Positions 25,341 through 35,303 are shown, counted from the first letter of the stretch. The stretch is 61,867 nt of DNA from Chryseobacterium gleum (GCA_945869405.1 CAMBPD010000001.1:1-61867), one strand, 5' to 3'. Numbers and translations are program-made. The notes: a model not told the origin generated them from the sequence alone.

Positions 25341-27329
25341 CTAGCGTCGCACAACACGTTCTACCTTACGACCTCTTGAGGTTTGTACATCCAACAAATA
25401 CGTACCTACTATCAAGGGCAAGCGCACTTGCGACTTGGAAGAATTAGGGCGCAGCGTATCCACCAACTTACCATCCAGACTATACACCTGAATCGATTGT
25501 ATGACATCGCGGTTCGCATTTACCTGCACGAATCCATTGGTAGTTGGATTGGGTGAAATACTAAACAGTTGACTCAACTCACGCACACCCGATATCGTTG
25601 TATTGATTGAATGGCTTGCCATTTCTACAGGGTCTGGACCTTCCTGCCAGTACATTTCTTCGAATGAATTAATCAAGGGATGGTCCATGGCAAACATTTC
25701 CTCGTTCCACTTAGGCGGCAATGACTGATACCAAAAGCGAGCAGTCACCGTAATGCTTCCAGACACACCTTGCAATGGGATATGATAGCGCACATCGTCG
25801 GTACCTGAACCCTCAACACCATTCAGAGCGTTGAAATTGAAATCACTCGCCGCTGCTCCGACAACCATAGTCGTGTCGTAGACCGCATGAGTGGTGCTGA
25901 AGCCGGTTGGCACAAGACGATTATCCTTTATCATGTGATGTGCTCGTTCGAGTACAGTAGTGACATTACCCATCACATCGCCCATCACCATTTCGTAGAT
26001 CTGAACCTCGTTCGCATCATCACTGATCATATCGTAATGCGGTTCCCACGCGGGGTCTTGACCCTGTACCTCGAAATCCGGATTGACACGACCCGAATGA
26101 AATACTTCATTGCCATCCTCATCAACTGCGACGAATTCAATGAAGGCACGGCGAGCCGGATAACCGCTAGGCATTTTGTGTCCTGCTTTGTTACTCACGC
26201 GCACTGTGAAACGGGCAGTATCTGTATCCACCACTCCTTGAATGACCTCTATCTCCGCAGTGTGATTCTGGAGATTATCCAATGTGCGATCGATAACTGT
26301 TTGGAAATGGTCCTCAGTGGCCGTGATGCCTAATTCATCTATTCTATTTTTCATCAGCTCGAGCATGAAGCTATTGCCACCCACAAGCCAATGCTGCGCA
26401 AACGGATCTCGCCCTGGTAGCCAGTCGTAGCCTGAAGCAATAATTACTGGCTCCTCAGTCTTTGGCATGTGGCATCCTTGGCATTCCAATGCGTTAAAGT
26501 CTTGAGTGTTGTATGAGCTATTCAGCCATTCGTGATAAGTTGCCTGCTCAATGAAGGTTGTACCTGTAGCATTTCCTTGTAAATCGGCAGTATTGGTTAT
26601 GAGTGAATGACAACCCGCACAACTCTCAGACTTCGAAGCCTTCGGATGCGCTACAGGAGCCACACCCACGAAATTCGACATAATAAAATCTTGCAGTGGC
26701 AAGCCATTCTTTGGTATGTTGAACACTGGACCCCAAATGGTATCGGGGTTATAGTGCAACTCTCCAGAAAAAGAAAGTCCAACAGTTTCGATTTGTTGCG
26801 CATGGCATGCCATGCAACTTACCCCGTCGAGAGCAATCGAATCAACGTCGAGCATGTCTGTAGTGTAAAACTCAACGCCGTCGTGCTCTGCCTCAAATCT
26901 TCCCATTGGCGCATGGCATGAGGTGCACTTGTTGGTGAGCTCACCCGCGTGACCCGGGTTAACCAACGTTTCGTGAGCCAACTTTGCTCTCCACATCGGA
27001 TCCTTGGCAGAGTTTGCCATCATGGTTGCACGCCAATTTTCCGCTGGGCCAACATTCTCACCCGAACCATCCACAAGAGCCAACGGTGGATTGGCGATAT
27101 CCATGTCAACACCGTGACAGCCCGCGCAACGCCCAGAACCCATGAACATGTCTGAGGAGCCGGTTGGCAAATCACCCACTAAACTTCTGTACCCTCCCAT
27201 TTCTTGGGCCGAGTGATAACTCTTGGGTTTACGTTTCTGATGAGCTGCTGTAAAGACAACAAATACCAAAGCGGCCGCTGTGAGCACACCAAACTTTGCC
27301 ATTGCTGTAGACTTCGTCCAAAACTTCAT
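25341..27329 (-). CDS. multiheme (five CXXCH) c-type cytochrome with a type-A T9SS C-terminal sorting domain
   Basis: CXXCH motifs are CAGCH (aa 68-72), CTSCH (135-139), CMACH (172-176), CAGCH (237-241) and CQGCH (283-287). An N-terminal hydrophobic segment (FGVLTAAALVFVVFTAA) is present. The C-terminus reads FSISPNPTTNGFVQVNAN..VYSLDGKLV..GTYLLDVQTSRGRKVERVVRR. Confidence 0.8.
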   Translation of the reverse strand: MKFWTKSTAMAKFGVLTAAALVFVVFTAAHQKRKPKSYHSAQEMGGYRSLVGDLPTGSSDMFMGSGRCAGCHGVDMDIANPPLALVDGSGENVGPAENWRATMMANSAKDPMWRAKLAHETLVNPGHAGELTNKCTSCHAPMGRFEAEHDGVEFYTTDMLDVDSIALDGVSCMACHAQQIETVGLSFSGELHYNPDTIWGPVFNIPKNGLPLQDFIMSNFVGVAPVAHPKASKSESCAGCHSLITNTADLQGNATGTTFIEQATYHEWLNSSYNTQDFNALECQGCHMPKTEEPVIIASGYDWLPGRDPFAQHWLVGGNSFMLELMKNRIDELGITATEDHFQTVIDRTLDNLQNHTAEIEVIQGVVDTDTARFTVRVSNKAGHKMPSGYPARRAFIEFVAVDEDGNEVFHSGRVNPDFEVQGQDPAWEPHYDMISDDANEVQIYEMVMGDVMGNVTTVLERAHHMIKDNRLVPTGFSTTHAVYDTTMVVGAAASDFNFNALNGVEGSGTDDVRYHIPLQGVSGSITVTARFWYQSLPPKWNEEMFAMDHPLINSFEEMYWQEGPDPVEMASHSINTTISGVRELSQLFSISPNPTTNGFVQVNANRDVIQSIQVYSLDGKLVDTLRPNSSKSQVRLPLIVGTYLLDVQTSRGRKVERVVRR

Positions 27330-27385
27330 AATCCTTTCTAATTATTTCGAAAAATACACTTGGGAGCATTAAACACCCGAAAGCG

Positions 27386-27682
27386 TCACCAAACTTCCAA
27401 CTTCTCGATGCCGTTGTCGCCAAGCAATTCATTGATTGCATCAACCAACTTTGTTTTTTGATAGGACAACTCTTGCTTAAGTGGGCCGCTGTCCATTTTC
27501 AGCACTAGCGTTTTCCCATGCAACTTGCTTTCGCGTGTCTTCTTCCAAATTATCTCGCCAACTACCTCTCTATAACAGCGCAAAACCTCCATTTCTTGGT
27601 AACGCTGTTCCAAGCCACTGCTGCGTAAGAGTTCGGAGATTAGCTCCTTGAGAGGAATATCAGTGTATTTGCGTTTCGACAT
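27386..27682 (-). CDS. DUF721 domain-containing protein (the small protein usually found downstream of recF)
   Basis: It reads MSKRKYTDIPLKELISELLRSSGLEQRY..VVGEIIWKKTRESKLHGKTLVLKMDSGPLKQEL. The position after recF is typical. The start is at the internal Met (27682). Confidence 0.65.
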   Translation of the reverse strand: MSKRKYTDIPLKELISELLRSSGLEQRYQEMEVLRCYREVVGEIIWKKTRESKLHGKTLVLKMDSGPLKQELSYQKTKLVDAINELLGDNGIEKLEVW

Positions 27683-27708
27683 CGCTTCAAATATCGGTTG
27701 GAAAACGC

Positions 27709-28821
27709 TTACAAAGCTTCCAGTTTTCCACCATCCACTTTCCATGATTGGACCGTTAGATTGGACTGGCGCAACACCTCAGGCATTCGTTCCGAACTTA
27801 TATCGGTGATAAATAGTTGGCCCACGTCGTTGCGCGAAAGCCAGGCTATGATATTCGCAACACGGCGCTCATCAATCTTATCGAAAAAATCATCGAGCAG
27901 TAAAATGGGTTTTACCAAAGCGGCATCCTTCAAAAAAAGATATTGGGCAAATTTTAGGGCAAACAAGAATGACTTCTGTTGACCTTGCGATGCAAATTTC
28001 TTCAAAGGATGACCGCCGATCAAGAAATCAATATCATCGCGGTGCGTGCCCGCCGAGGTTCGTTCAAGCTGTCGGTCGCGCCTGCGGTTGCGTTGAAGCA
28101 ACTGCTCCATAGTATGCTCATTGAGCTCCGAATCATACTTGAAAGAGACCTCCTCTTGCACAGACACAATTTCTCTGTAAACTTCTTGAAAAACGCGCTG
28201 AAAATCCTTCAAGAAGGACGTTCTAGCCTCATGGATAGACGCTGCACGTTCAATCAACTGAACATCCCAAATCTCAATAAACTCATCGGGAAAATGAACG
28301 TGCTTAGCATAGGTTTTCAGGACTGTATTTCGTTGCAGTAAAGCATGATTATACGCCAAGAGATCATCGAGATAGCCTTTCGACAATTGTGCCAACGTGC
28401 TATCCAGAAACTTCCTACGCACCTCGCTTCCCTCCCATATTAGCTCAATGTCGTAGGGCGTAATCATGACGCACGGCAGCAAACCAATATGCTCCGAAAG
28501 ACGATCATACTCCTTATGATTTCGCTTGAAAATTTTACGTTGATTTCTGCGGACTGAACAAATGATTTGCTCTGGCTGATCCTTGCGCACAAACTCTCCG
28601 GTAATAGCAAACTGATCGGTATCGAATCGGATGTTCTGCGAGTCTATGGGGTTGAAATAACTCTTGCAACTGCACAAGTAATAAATCGCATCGAGAAGAT
28701 TCGTTTTTCCTGAACCATTCAGCCCCAAGAAGCAAATCGCCTGTGCATCCACTTGAATAGACAACTCTTCGTAATTTTTGAAGTTGTAAAGCGTCAATTT
28801 TTGCAAACGAAGTTCTTCCAT
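27709..28821 (-). CDS. recF: DNA replication and repair protein RecF
   Basis: LTLYNFKNYEE..FLGLNGSGKTNLLDAIYYL (Walker A), ..SQGQQKSF (signature) and ..PILLLDDFFDKIDERR (Walker B) match RecF. Confidence 0.9.
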   Translation of the reverse strand: MEELRLQKLTLYNFKNYEELSIQVDAQAICFLGLNGSGKTNLLDAIYYLCSCKSYFNPIDSQNIRFDTDQFAITGEFVRKDQPEQIICSVRRNQRKIFKRNHKEYDRLSEHIGLLPCVMITPYDIELIWEGSEVRRKFLDSTLAQLSKGYLDDLLAYNHALLQRNTVLKTYAKHVHFPDEFIEIWDVQLIERAASIHEARTSFLKDFQRVFQEVYREIVSVQEEVSFKYDSELNEHTMEQLLQRNRRRDRQLERTSAGTHRDDIDFLIGGHPLKKFASQGQQKSFLFALKFAQYLFLKDAALVKPILLLDDFFDKIDERRVANIIAWLSRNDVGQLFITDISSERMPEVLRQSNLTVQSWKVDGGKLEAL

Positions 28822-28826
28822 AACCG

Positions 28827-31800
28827 TCAATACCATTGCACGCTAAAGTCTGTTGAACCAGCGCCAAAATTCACGAACTCTCGATTGAGTTCCTCCAAGT
28901 AGAGATATTCCTCATCCAACTCATGGATTGCATCCTCATCGTCATCTAACACTACCATTCTATCCGACTCAATAAACAAGGGCCATGCATTCGAAATCTC
29001 GTTCGCATCAAATGCAAAGACATGTCCAAGCCACTGATTTGATGACGCCTTAAAAACCTTGTAGTAGTGAACATCCAGCACAACACCGCGGATTTCCTTT
29101 TGACATTGATGCAGCAACAATACTGTGTCGATGCGCTCATCTTCCGATTGAAACCGATTCTTTAGGTATAGCTCTGCCAAAGAAAACCTTGTTGAAAGTT
29201 GGCTGGGCATTTTGTTCGTCGCTGCATGATCCCAGAGTAGGTTGTAGACCTCGTGAGCTTGATCATCCATTCGAATCAGCGTATGAAGCAGAGAATCTGA
29301 AGGCACATTATTGTGATCCCAATTGAAGCGTGCAATATCCAACAACAGCGTGCCTTTGCGCGTGGTGTCTAGTTTTTTGAAGAATGCATCGACATCCTTT
29401 TCTTTTCTGAGCGGCTGAAGAATAGAGCAAAAGTCAAGTAGGATGTCGGAATTCAAGCCATAACCTTCTTCGGTACTGCTCTTGAGTCGCTTCCATTCAT
29501 TTCGCGCTTCCACAAGAATCTGAGGCACGAGATAACGGTATGCTGATGTTGGAAGCCAACCACTATCCACAGCCAACGCCATCAAATGGTAAATACTCTC
29601 CTCGTATTCATCGATTGCCAGCAATTGCATAAGCTGGGGAATTAGTGGTGCGGCCAGACGAACTGAATCAAACAATACCTCGCAACCACTCCCACCCATT
29701 TCATCAAAAACTATGGGTGGCTCCTCGACAACCAGTCGAGCGTATGCCTTCCAGGCCTTGCCCGTTTTTATGCGAAGCAAAGTCGTAAGCAGGTCATATT
29801 GATACGCTGCACTATCAGGGTATTCAGCAAATTCCTTTGCGAGAAAATTGATATTGGCTGAAGACGTATCTGCAGCAAGTCCTGAAATAAGTTTTTCCTT
29901 GATGAGCCCTGCCTCTTCGCCTTCGAAGTAAGGAAGCGTCTTAATCAGCTCACGCATTCGCTGCGCAGAACCCTGCGAAAAATCCATTTCGCTAGTTATT
30001 TCGAGGGCTCGTTGACGTAACAGCGAGTCATCGGAAACCAATGCCTTGAGGTAGGCTTCGTCGCGCTGATCGAAGTGCGGGTAAGGAAAAATGGTGTCGT
30101 TCGAGCGGAAATTATCGAATGCATTTATTACAAAATCAGAAAGGCCAACGATTGAATCGTAGCAAGTGGAGAGATGATAAAATGATTTGTTGTGCAGCAC
30201 CATACGATGCTTAAAACGCCTTGTTGTGGAAGCGTCGCCCACAATGAATTCAAAAACAGCCCCGACATCTGTCCATTCTGCAGTCTGGCGAATCATCATC
30301 ATGTCGAGGCCGAGCACACGCTCACGCTTTTCGCGCAAAAAAGCATTCCTATCTTCCCCATCAGAGTATTCATGATAGCGCTGAAAATCAATTTGAATTG
30401 ACTGAGCATCTCCGGGTGGATTCAACACTATTGAAGCATTTGTGCCGAATGGCGAATCTTGCTCAGACTCTAAGTCAGCATTGAACAACATCGCATCCAA
30501 CGACACCTTCGGCTCTATAGGAATGTAGGGCAGCGTTGTAGTAAAACACAGTTCTGAGTTTTGGTACGTTGTAAATTGGTTGTATGTGGAATGCCCAATT
30601 GTGAGGGAGCTAAACCAATCGCTTCTGCTTTTCGCATCCTCGTCGTTGGTCGACAACACAACGTAGCTCAGAGCATGAATAACAAACAGTGCGTGCACGG
30701 TATAGACACTACCCTTCAAAACAGACTCAAGTGCGGGAAGGCCATTGTGCTCTTTGATAGTAAATGAGACACAGCTAAAGTTATTGTCACTACAGAAGGC
30801 TTTCAGAAAGCGCCTCAACTCGTAGTTATCCTCATCCAAAAACCCAGGACATTCAATAACATGTCGCTGAAGCATATAGAACGCCCCGTTTGTTTTTCTC
30901 GTCGCAATAACTTCCAAGTCAGCGGTGCGAGTGAGCGCATTGGAGGACGCATAGCAAATGCCCTGCGAGGGTAAATTGACTTGTAACGAACCATCTGCAG
31001 ATGCCCATCGGTTACTTTGCTCAGCACTGTCGTGAATTTTAATGCCTTCAAAAAAAGAAGCACCATACCCTTGCATCACTTTTTCACCCGTTGCCTCGAG
31101 TTTAAGTATTAGGATTTCATCGGGCAATACGATGACTTGCTGGCGCTGGTAATCGCCGCGCCTCGTTCTATTAATGACCTCAATCCCTTCATACTTCCCC
31201 TTGGTAATAATACTTTTAGACACCACCTCGCCGGCCACTGTTTCATACATCATGCTGTCTAGCATCGCCAACAACTCATTGGCTGCGGTGCCTGTTAGGG
31301 CCGAATATGACTTCATGCGGGTGATCGTGAAGTTGGCGCCATTGGCGATATCAAGGCATAACCAGGTGCTCGACTCCCGGCTGGAAGCAGCGTGATAAAG
31401 GTGTGCCGGAACATTGGTGGTAATACGGCCATCCGATGTTGTAAACGGAGTAAACGCACGCTGATATATTCGTCTATCTAATTCTTGGCGACGCTTGGCA
31501 TTTCGGGTCCCCTTGTTGACAGGGGTAACCTCATATCCCAAGGATCTTAGTGTCTCGATAACGCCGCCGTTTCCTGGCAGGTGAGCACATCCCATTGCCG
31601 CAAAAACCGATTTCCCTGCGCGCAGCAGACTGTCGATGTTGTGCACAAACAACTTATTACGCTCCAATAAAATGTATGTCCGAAAGGCCTTGGAGGCTGT
31701 TGATCGTGTGAGGGAATCTATCAAGTCTAGATCTTGCCTGCGGTAGGCGGGTTCCAACTGACTTGTTAGTTGTTCAAACTCCAGAATATCACCCTCGTCC

Positions 31801-32441
31801 CATTCCCGTCGATCCTCTTGGCGAGCACCTTCAATACTCGCCTTGCGAATAAAATCGTCGCTTTGAGCGTAGGTCTCAAGACCCAGCGTCTGAAGTCCCA
31901 TCTTCTTGGCAGCTTGATAGATGTGCATATCAAGCCAGGTATCCTCCTCAAAGTCTACAGCACCACTTCCTTCGCCGTAGCGAAACATCAGATAATTGAG
32001 AACAGCGGGGTCGTAGAGCAGTGCCTGGCGCACTCTCTCGTTGGCGCTTTGGACGTTTGACCCACTCCAAAAACCGCGCAATGGCGGCAGCGGTGAATCG
32101 TCCACAAACTCCTCAAAGTATTCTTCTTCTGCAGAGCTACTACCTAGCCATGAAGCTACCTGTGGGTCACTGAACAATGCTTCAAACCAAGCCTCTGGTT
32201 CCAACTCAAGAGCCACTACATCCACAGACTGCATTGCATCGTAGAAAGGATCGCCTAATTGGAAAGCCACCTTCCCGCTGATGTGCATAGTGCCATACAC
32301 ATAAGATGGCTCCCGTAAATTCGTACCCTCTACCTTCCAAAGAAGACTTTGATATTGGGCTGGGGCACTGAGGCACAGACCCGTAATAAAAACAGCGAAA
32401 ACAAGGGCTTTACGGAGGTCTATATACACTAAACGATTCAC
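28827..32441 (-). CDS. very large secreted TraB/GumN family protein (N-terminal roughly 310-aa TraB/GumN domain plus about 900 aa of unassigned sequence)
   Basis: It has a signal peptide (..VFAVFITGLCLSAPAQ). TraB/GumN hallmarks are LLWKVEGTNLREPSYVYGTMHI, ..VVALELEP.. and ..VFAAMGCAHLPGNGGVIETLRSLGYEVTPV. The start is a GTG at 32441. I recognise no motif in the remainder. Confidence 0.65.
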   Translation of the reverse strand: MNRLVYIDLRKALVFAVFITGLCLSAPAQYQSLLWKVEGTNLREPSYVYGTMHISGKVAFQLGDPFYDAMQSVDVVALELEPEAWFEALFSDPQVASWLGSSSAEEEYFEEFVDDSPLPPLRGFWSGSNVQSANERVRQALLYDPAVLNYLMFRYGEGSGAVDFEEDTWLDMHIYQAAKKMGLQTLGLETYAQSDDFIRKASIEGARQEDRREWDEGDILEFEQLTSQLEPAYRRQDLDLIDSLTRSTASKAFRTYILLERNKLFVHNIDSLLRAGKSVFAAMGCAHLPGNGGVIETLRSLGYEVTPVNKGTRNAKRRQELDRRIYQRAFTPFTTSDGRITTNVPAHLYHAASSRESSTWLCLDIANGANFTITRMKSYSALTGTAANELLAMLDSMMYETVAGEVVSKSIITKGKYEGIEVINRTRRGDYQRQQVIVLPDEILILKLEATGEKVMQGYGASFFEGIKIHDSAEQSNRWASADGSLQVNLPSQGICYASSNALTRTADLEVIATRKTNGAFYMLQRHVIECPGFLDEDNYELRRFLKAFCSDNNFSCVSFTIKEHNGLPALESVLKGSVYTVHALFVIHALSYVVLSTNDEDAKSRSDWFSSLTIGHSTYNQFTTYQNSELCFTTTLPYIPIEPKVSLDAMLFNADLESEQDSPFGTNASIVLNPPGDAQSIQIDFQRYHEYSDGEDRNAFLREKRERVLGLDMMMIRQTAEWTDVGAVFEFIVGDASTTRRFKHRMVLHNKSFYHLSTCYDSIVGLSDFVINAFDNFRSNDTIFPYPHFDQRDEAYLKALVSDDSLLRQRALEITSEMDFSQGSAQRMRELIKTLPYFEGEEAGLIKEKLISGLAADTSSANINFLAKEFAEYPDSAAYQYDLLTTLLRIKTGKAWKAYARLVVEEPPIVFDEMGGSGCEVLFDSVRLAAPLIPQLMQLLAIDEYEESIYHLMALAVDSGWLPTSAYRYLVPQILVEARNEWKRLKSSTEEGYGLNSDILLDFCSILQPLRKEKDVDAFFKKLDTTRKGTLLLDIARFNWDHNNVPSDSLLHTLIRMDDQAHEVYNLLWDHAATNKMPSQLSTRFSLAELYLKNRFQSEDERIDTVLLLHQCQKEIRGVVLDVHYYKVFKASSNQWLGHVFAFDANEISNAWPLFIESDRMVVLDDDEDAIHELDEEYLYLEELNREFVNFGAGSTDFSVQWY

Positions 32442-32497
32442 AGAGTATAACTACTTTCGGTCAAAAATAGGCAGTAAGCAAAGTGATGTGCTTATAA

Positions 32498-32529
32498 TTG
32501 TTTTTAATAGCCAAAATCGATTATTTTTG
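32498..32529 (+). promoter_or_regulatory. candidate Bacteroidota promoter (-33 TTG at 32498-32500 and -7 TATTTTTG at 32522-32529) for the TPR-ribH pair
   Basis: TAnnTTTG matches 24 nt upstream of ATG 32553, with a TTG 21 nt upstream of the box. This is motif evidence only. Confidence 0.35.
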
Positions 32530-32552
32530 CGTCCGCATAATTTTTTAAAAAT

Positions 32553-33254
32553 ATGTCAAAACAAGACACTCCCCAAAAAGAAACTATTGTTGATTTCCAA
32601 CAAGTAGCATCGAAGACTGAACAGTTTTTCGAGCAGAATCGTAAAGCAATCACGCTCGGTATGGGCTCAGTAGTATTGCTACTCGCCGGTTTTTTCGCTT
32701 TTCAGTTTTTGTACAAAAAACCACGTGAAGTAGAAGCTTCAAACGCTGCTATTCGCGCCGATTTGTTGGTTGAAATCGATTCTATCCGCTTAGCCGTTCA
32801 AGGCGATGCGAACTTCGAAGGATACGAGGCGATTGCTTCGAACTACAGTGGAACTAAAGTGGCCGATCGCGCTCATTTTTGGTGTGGCGTTTATTATCGC
32901 GACATTGCAAAAGACTACAGCGCAGCTCTAGAGCATTTTAAGCAAGCAAGTTTTGATGACCAAGCAATGAGTGTTGAACTCACCGGTTGCATCGGAGATA
33001 TGTACGTAATGTCTAACGACCTTGAGCAAGGTGCTTCTTGGCTTGAAAAAGCAGCGAAGCAAGCGAACTCAAGTGATAGCCGCGATTTTACAGGTCCGCT
33101 TTACAACCTCAAAGCAAGTAAGGTTTATATGGAATTGGGCAATGATTCTAAGGCCCAAGCTCTACTTCAATACGTTGTAGATACGTATGACAAACGGTCA
33201 CCAGAATATGGTGAATCGGAAAAGCTCCTCTCCTTGTTGAAGGCGAAGGGATAA
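32553..33254 (+). CDS. membrane-anchored tetratricopeptide-repeat protein (YfgM-like)
   Basis: A single TM helice (AITLGMGSVVLLLAGFFAFQFLY) is followed by TPR-like helices (AHFWCGVYYRDIAKDYSAALEHFKQA ..). The gene is 4 nt upstream of ribH. Confidence 0.6.
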   Translation: MSKQDTPQKETIVDFQQVASKTEQFFEQNRKAITLGMGSVVLLLAGFFAFQFLYKKPREVEASNAAIRADLLVEIDSIRLAVQGDANFEGYEAIASNYSGTKVADRAHFWCGVYYRDIAKDYSAALEHFKQASFDDQAMSVELTGCIGDMYVMSNDLEQGASWLEKAAKQANSSDSRDFTGPLYNLKASKVYMELGNDSKAQALLQYVVDTYDKRSPEYGESEKLLSLLKAKG

Positions 33255-33258
33255 CCGA

Positions 33259-33756
33259 ATGGCCACAAACAATCTTTCTTCATATACCAAAGAACATCTT
33301 CCCGATGCACAGACGATGCGCATCGGGATTGTTGTTTCTGAATGGAACGACCACATTACCTCCAACCTTCTCAAAGGTTGTGTGGAGGCACTAACCGATT
33401 GCGGGGTATCTCGCGATTCTATATTGGTCGCTCATGTGCCTGGCAGCTTTGAACTAGCGCTTGGCGCGCAACTTCTATTCGAAAATCATTCTATAGAGGC
33501 AGTTATTTGTCTGGGATGCGTTATACGCGGAGAGACTGCACATTTCGACTTTGTGAGCAATGCTTGCGCAAACGGAATTCAACAACTTGCGTTGAAAAAA
33601 GGGAAACCTGTGATTTTCGGTGTGCTAACGGACGATACCGAGGAACAATCCATTGCCCGCAGTGGTGGAAGCAAGGGCAACAAAGGAACTGAGGCGGCTA
33701 TCACAGCCCTCAAAATGATTGGACTTCATCGCGAATTGGAAAACAATAATTGGTAG
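33259..33756 (+). CDS. ribH: 6,7-dimethyl-8-ribityllumazine synthase
   Basis: RIGIVVSEWNDHITSNLLKG..VPGSFELA..AVICLGCVIRGETAHFDFV..FGVLT..EQSIARSG match RibH. Confidence 0.9.
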   Translation: MATNNLSSYTKEHLPDAQTMRIGIVVSEWNDHITSNLLKGCVEALTDCGVSRDSILVAHVPGSFELALGAQLLFENHSIEAVICLGCVIRGETAHFDFVSNACANGIQQLALKKGKPVIFGVLTDDTEEQSIARSGGSKGNKGTEAAITALKMIGLHRELENNNW

Positions 33757-33769
33757 GGGAAATGGCGTG

Positions 33770-34045
33770 TTAAAACAGCGCAACTTCTTGATAAGACAAC
33801 TCTTCTTTGCCTTTCTTAGTAAGCCTATAACCCGTGTTACTCTTGTTCATGATATACCCATCGAGGTAAAGGTTCGCCACACGTTCTCCCAACTGAGCAC
33901 TGCGCGTAGACTGCGCATCATCATGTTCTATTCTGCTCCAAAAGGCAGTTTCTAATTGACTCAATTTTATAAGTTCATTTTTATTGTTCTTCTTAAACGT
34001 TTGAATAATATCAAGAACTACGTAGTCGTACTTATCTAGAAACAT
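33770..34045 (-). CDS. hypothetical small protein (91 aa)
   Basis: This is an ORF only; coding is plausible because it fills the gap and has no competing ORF. The C-terminal ..YIMNKSNTGYRLTKKGKEEL resembles the wing of a winged-helix protein, but I recognise no family. Confidence 0.4.
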   Translation of the reverse strand: MFLDKYDYVVLDIIQTFKKNNKNELIKLSQLETAFWSRIEHDDAQSTRSAQLGERVANLYLDGYIMNKSNTGYRLTKKGKEELSYQEVALF

Positions 34046-34237
34046 GAGCAGGTTAAATTGAGAGGTTTATTGTGATGTGTGTGTTAACACGCTGCTAATA
34101 TAGAATCGATAGCACGGGTGATTTGTGTGCAACTCACATTCTTTTGCTCACAACTTTTCAACCATAAAAAACAGAGTACTCAATCCGCTAGCAATGCGCC
34201 ACTTGGCCTAACTTGCGATTCTAAAGATTTCAATTTT

Positions 34238-35302
34238 ATGTCGAAACTATTTATAATCGCTCTTTGCCTTGCATGGTTCAACGTGCATGCTCAGATTACC
34301 ATTAACAGTAATCACTTGCCGACGGGAGGAGACTTGTTGTTCGCCCGCTCTGCAACCTTTCTCACCAACGTTGACCTTGAATCTACAGGGCCCAACTACA
34401 CTTGGAATTTCGGTTTCGATGTGCTTGAACCAGGCGCGCTTGATGCAGGAACGGACTGCGCACCCTTGAGTTCTCTTTCCTTGGTAAATCAATTGTTATT
34501 CAATAATTTTCTTTACCCAGAATACGACTCAGACTTTGGTTTAGGAACGACGTTAATTGACAATCCATTCATCGCAATTGAAGATGCCTATCAGGTTTAC
34601 AAAAACAGCGGTGGCGTATATGGAGTTACCGGCCTCGTGGCAACAGTAAGCGGATTTCCATTAGCCGCTCAATTTGACGATAGGGACATAATCTACAACC
34701 TTCCCCTCACTTACCCCGCATCTGGCAATTCGCACTCGGTACTCTCGCTTGATGTTCCTAATGTGGCGTACTACGGAACCGATCAATACCGAAATTACAC
34801 GTGCGATGGATGGGGCACTATAAACATCTATGGTCAATCATACGATGTGCTGCGCGTAAAATCGATAGTAACTGGTTTTGATTCGGTGGCCGTAAATTTC
34901 AATGGAATACCACTTGGCTTTCAGTTCCCAAAAGACATTACAACCTACCAATGGATAAGCACATCTTTTAAGCTTCCTGTGCTCGAAGTAGTTTCGACCG
35001 CGGGTGGCATCGGAGGCGACCAACTAACTGTTCGCACTGCCGATATAAATGCCGTTGGTCTTGCTGAAAGAAATATGGGTACATTGAGCATCTACCCAAA
35101 TCCTGCGGGTGATAGGCTTTTCATCAACAGCTCCTCACCAAACGCAAACTACAGTTTAGTAAACGCTGCTGGGGTTCTTGTAGGCTCAGGTCGCATGGAA
35201 AGCAGCTCTATTGCTACTGATCATCTCGCGCCGGGTATGTATTTCCTACGCGTTCAAAACGAAAACCTAACCTATCTGCAAGGAAGTTTTGTCAAGCAAT
35301 AA
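34238..35302 (+). CDS. hypothetical secreted protein with a type-A T9SS C-terminal sorting domain
   Basis: The signal peptide is MSKLFIIALCLAWFNVHAQ. The CTD reads LSIYPNPAGDRLFINSS..YSLVNAAGVLV..GMYFLRVQNENLTYLQGSFVKQ. The start is at ATG 34238. Confidence 0.7.
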   Translation: MSKLFIIALCLAWFNVHAQITINSNHLPTGGDLLFARSATFLTNVDLESTGPNYTWNFGFDVLEPGALDAGTDCAPLSSLSLVNQLLFNNFLYPEYDSDFGLGTTLIDNPFIAIEDAYQVYKNSGGVYGVTGLVATVSGFPLAAQFDDRDIIYNLPLTYPASGNSHSVLSLDVPNVAYYGTDQYRNYTCDGWGTINIYGQSYDVLRVKSIVTGFDSVAVNFNGIPLGFQFPKDITTYQWISTSFKLPVLEVVSTAGGIGGDQLTVRTADINAVGLAERNMGTLSIYPNPAGDRLFINSSSPNANYSLVNAAGVLVGSGRMESSSIATDHLAPGMYFLRVQNENLTYLQGSFVKQ

Positions 35303-35303
35303 A

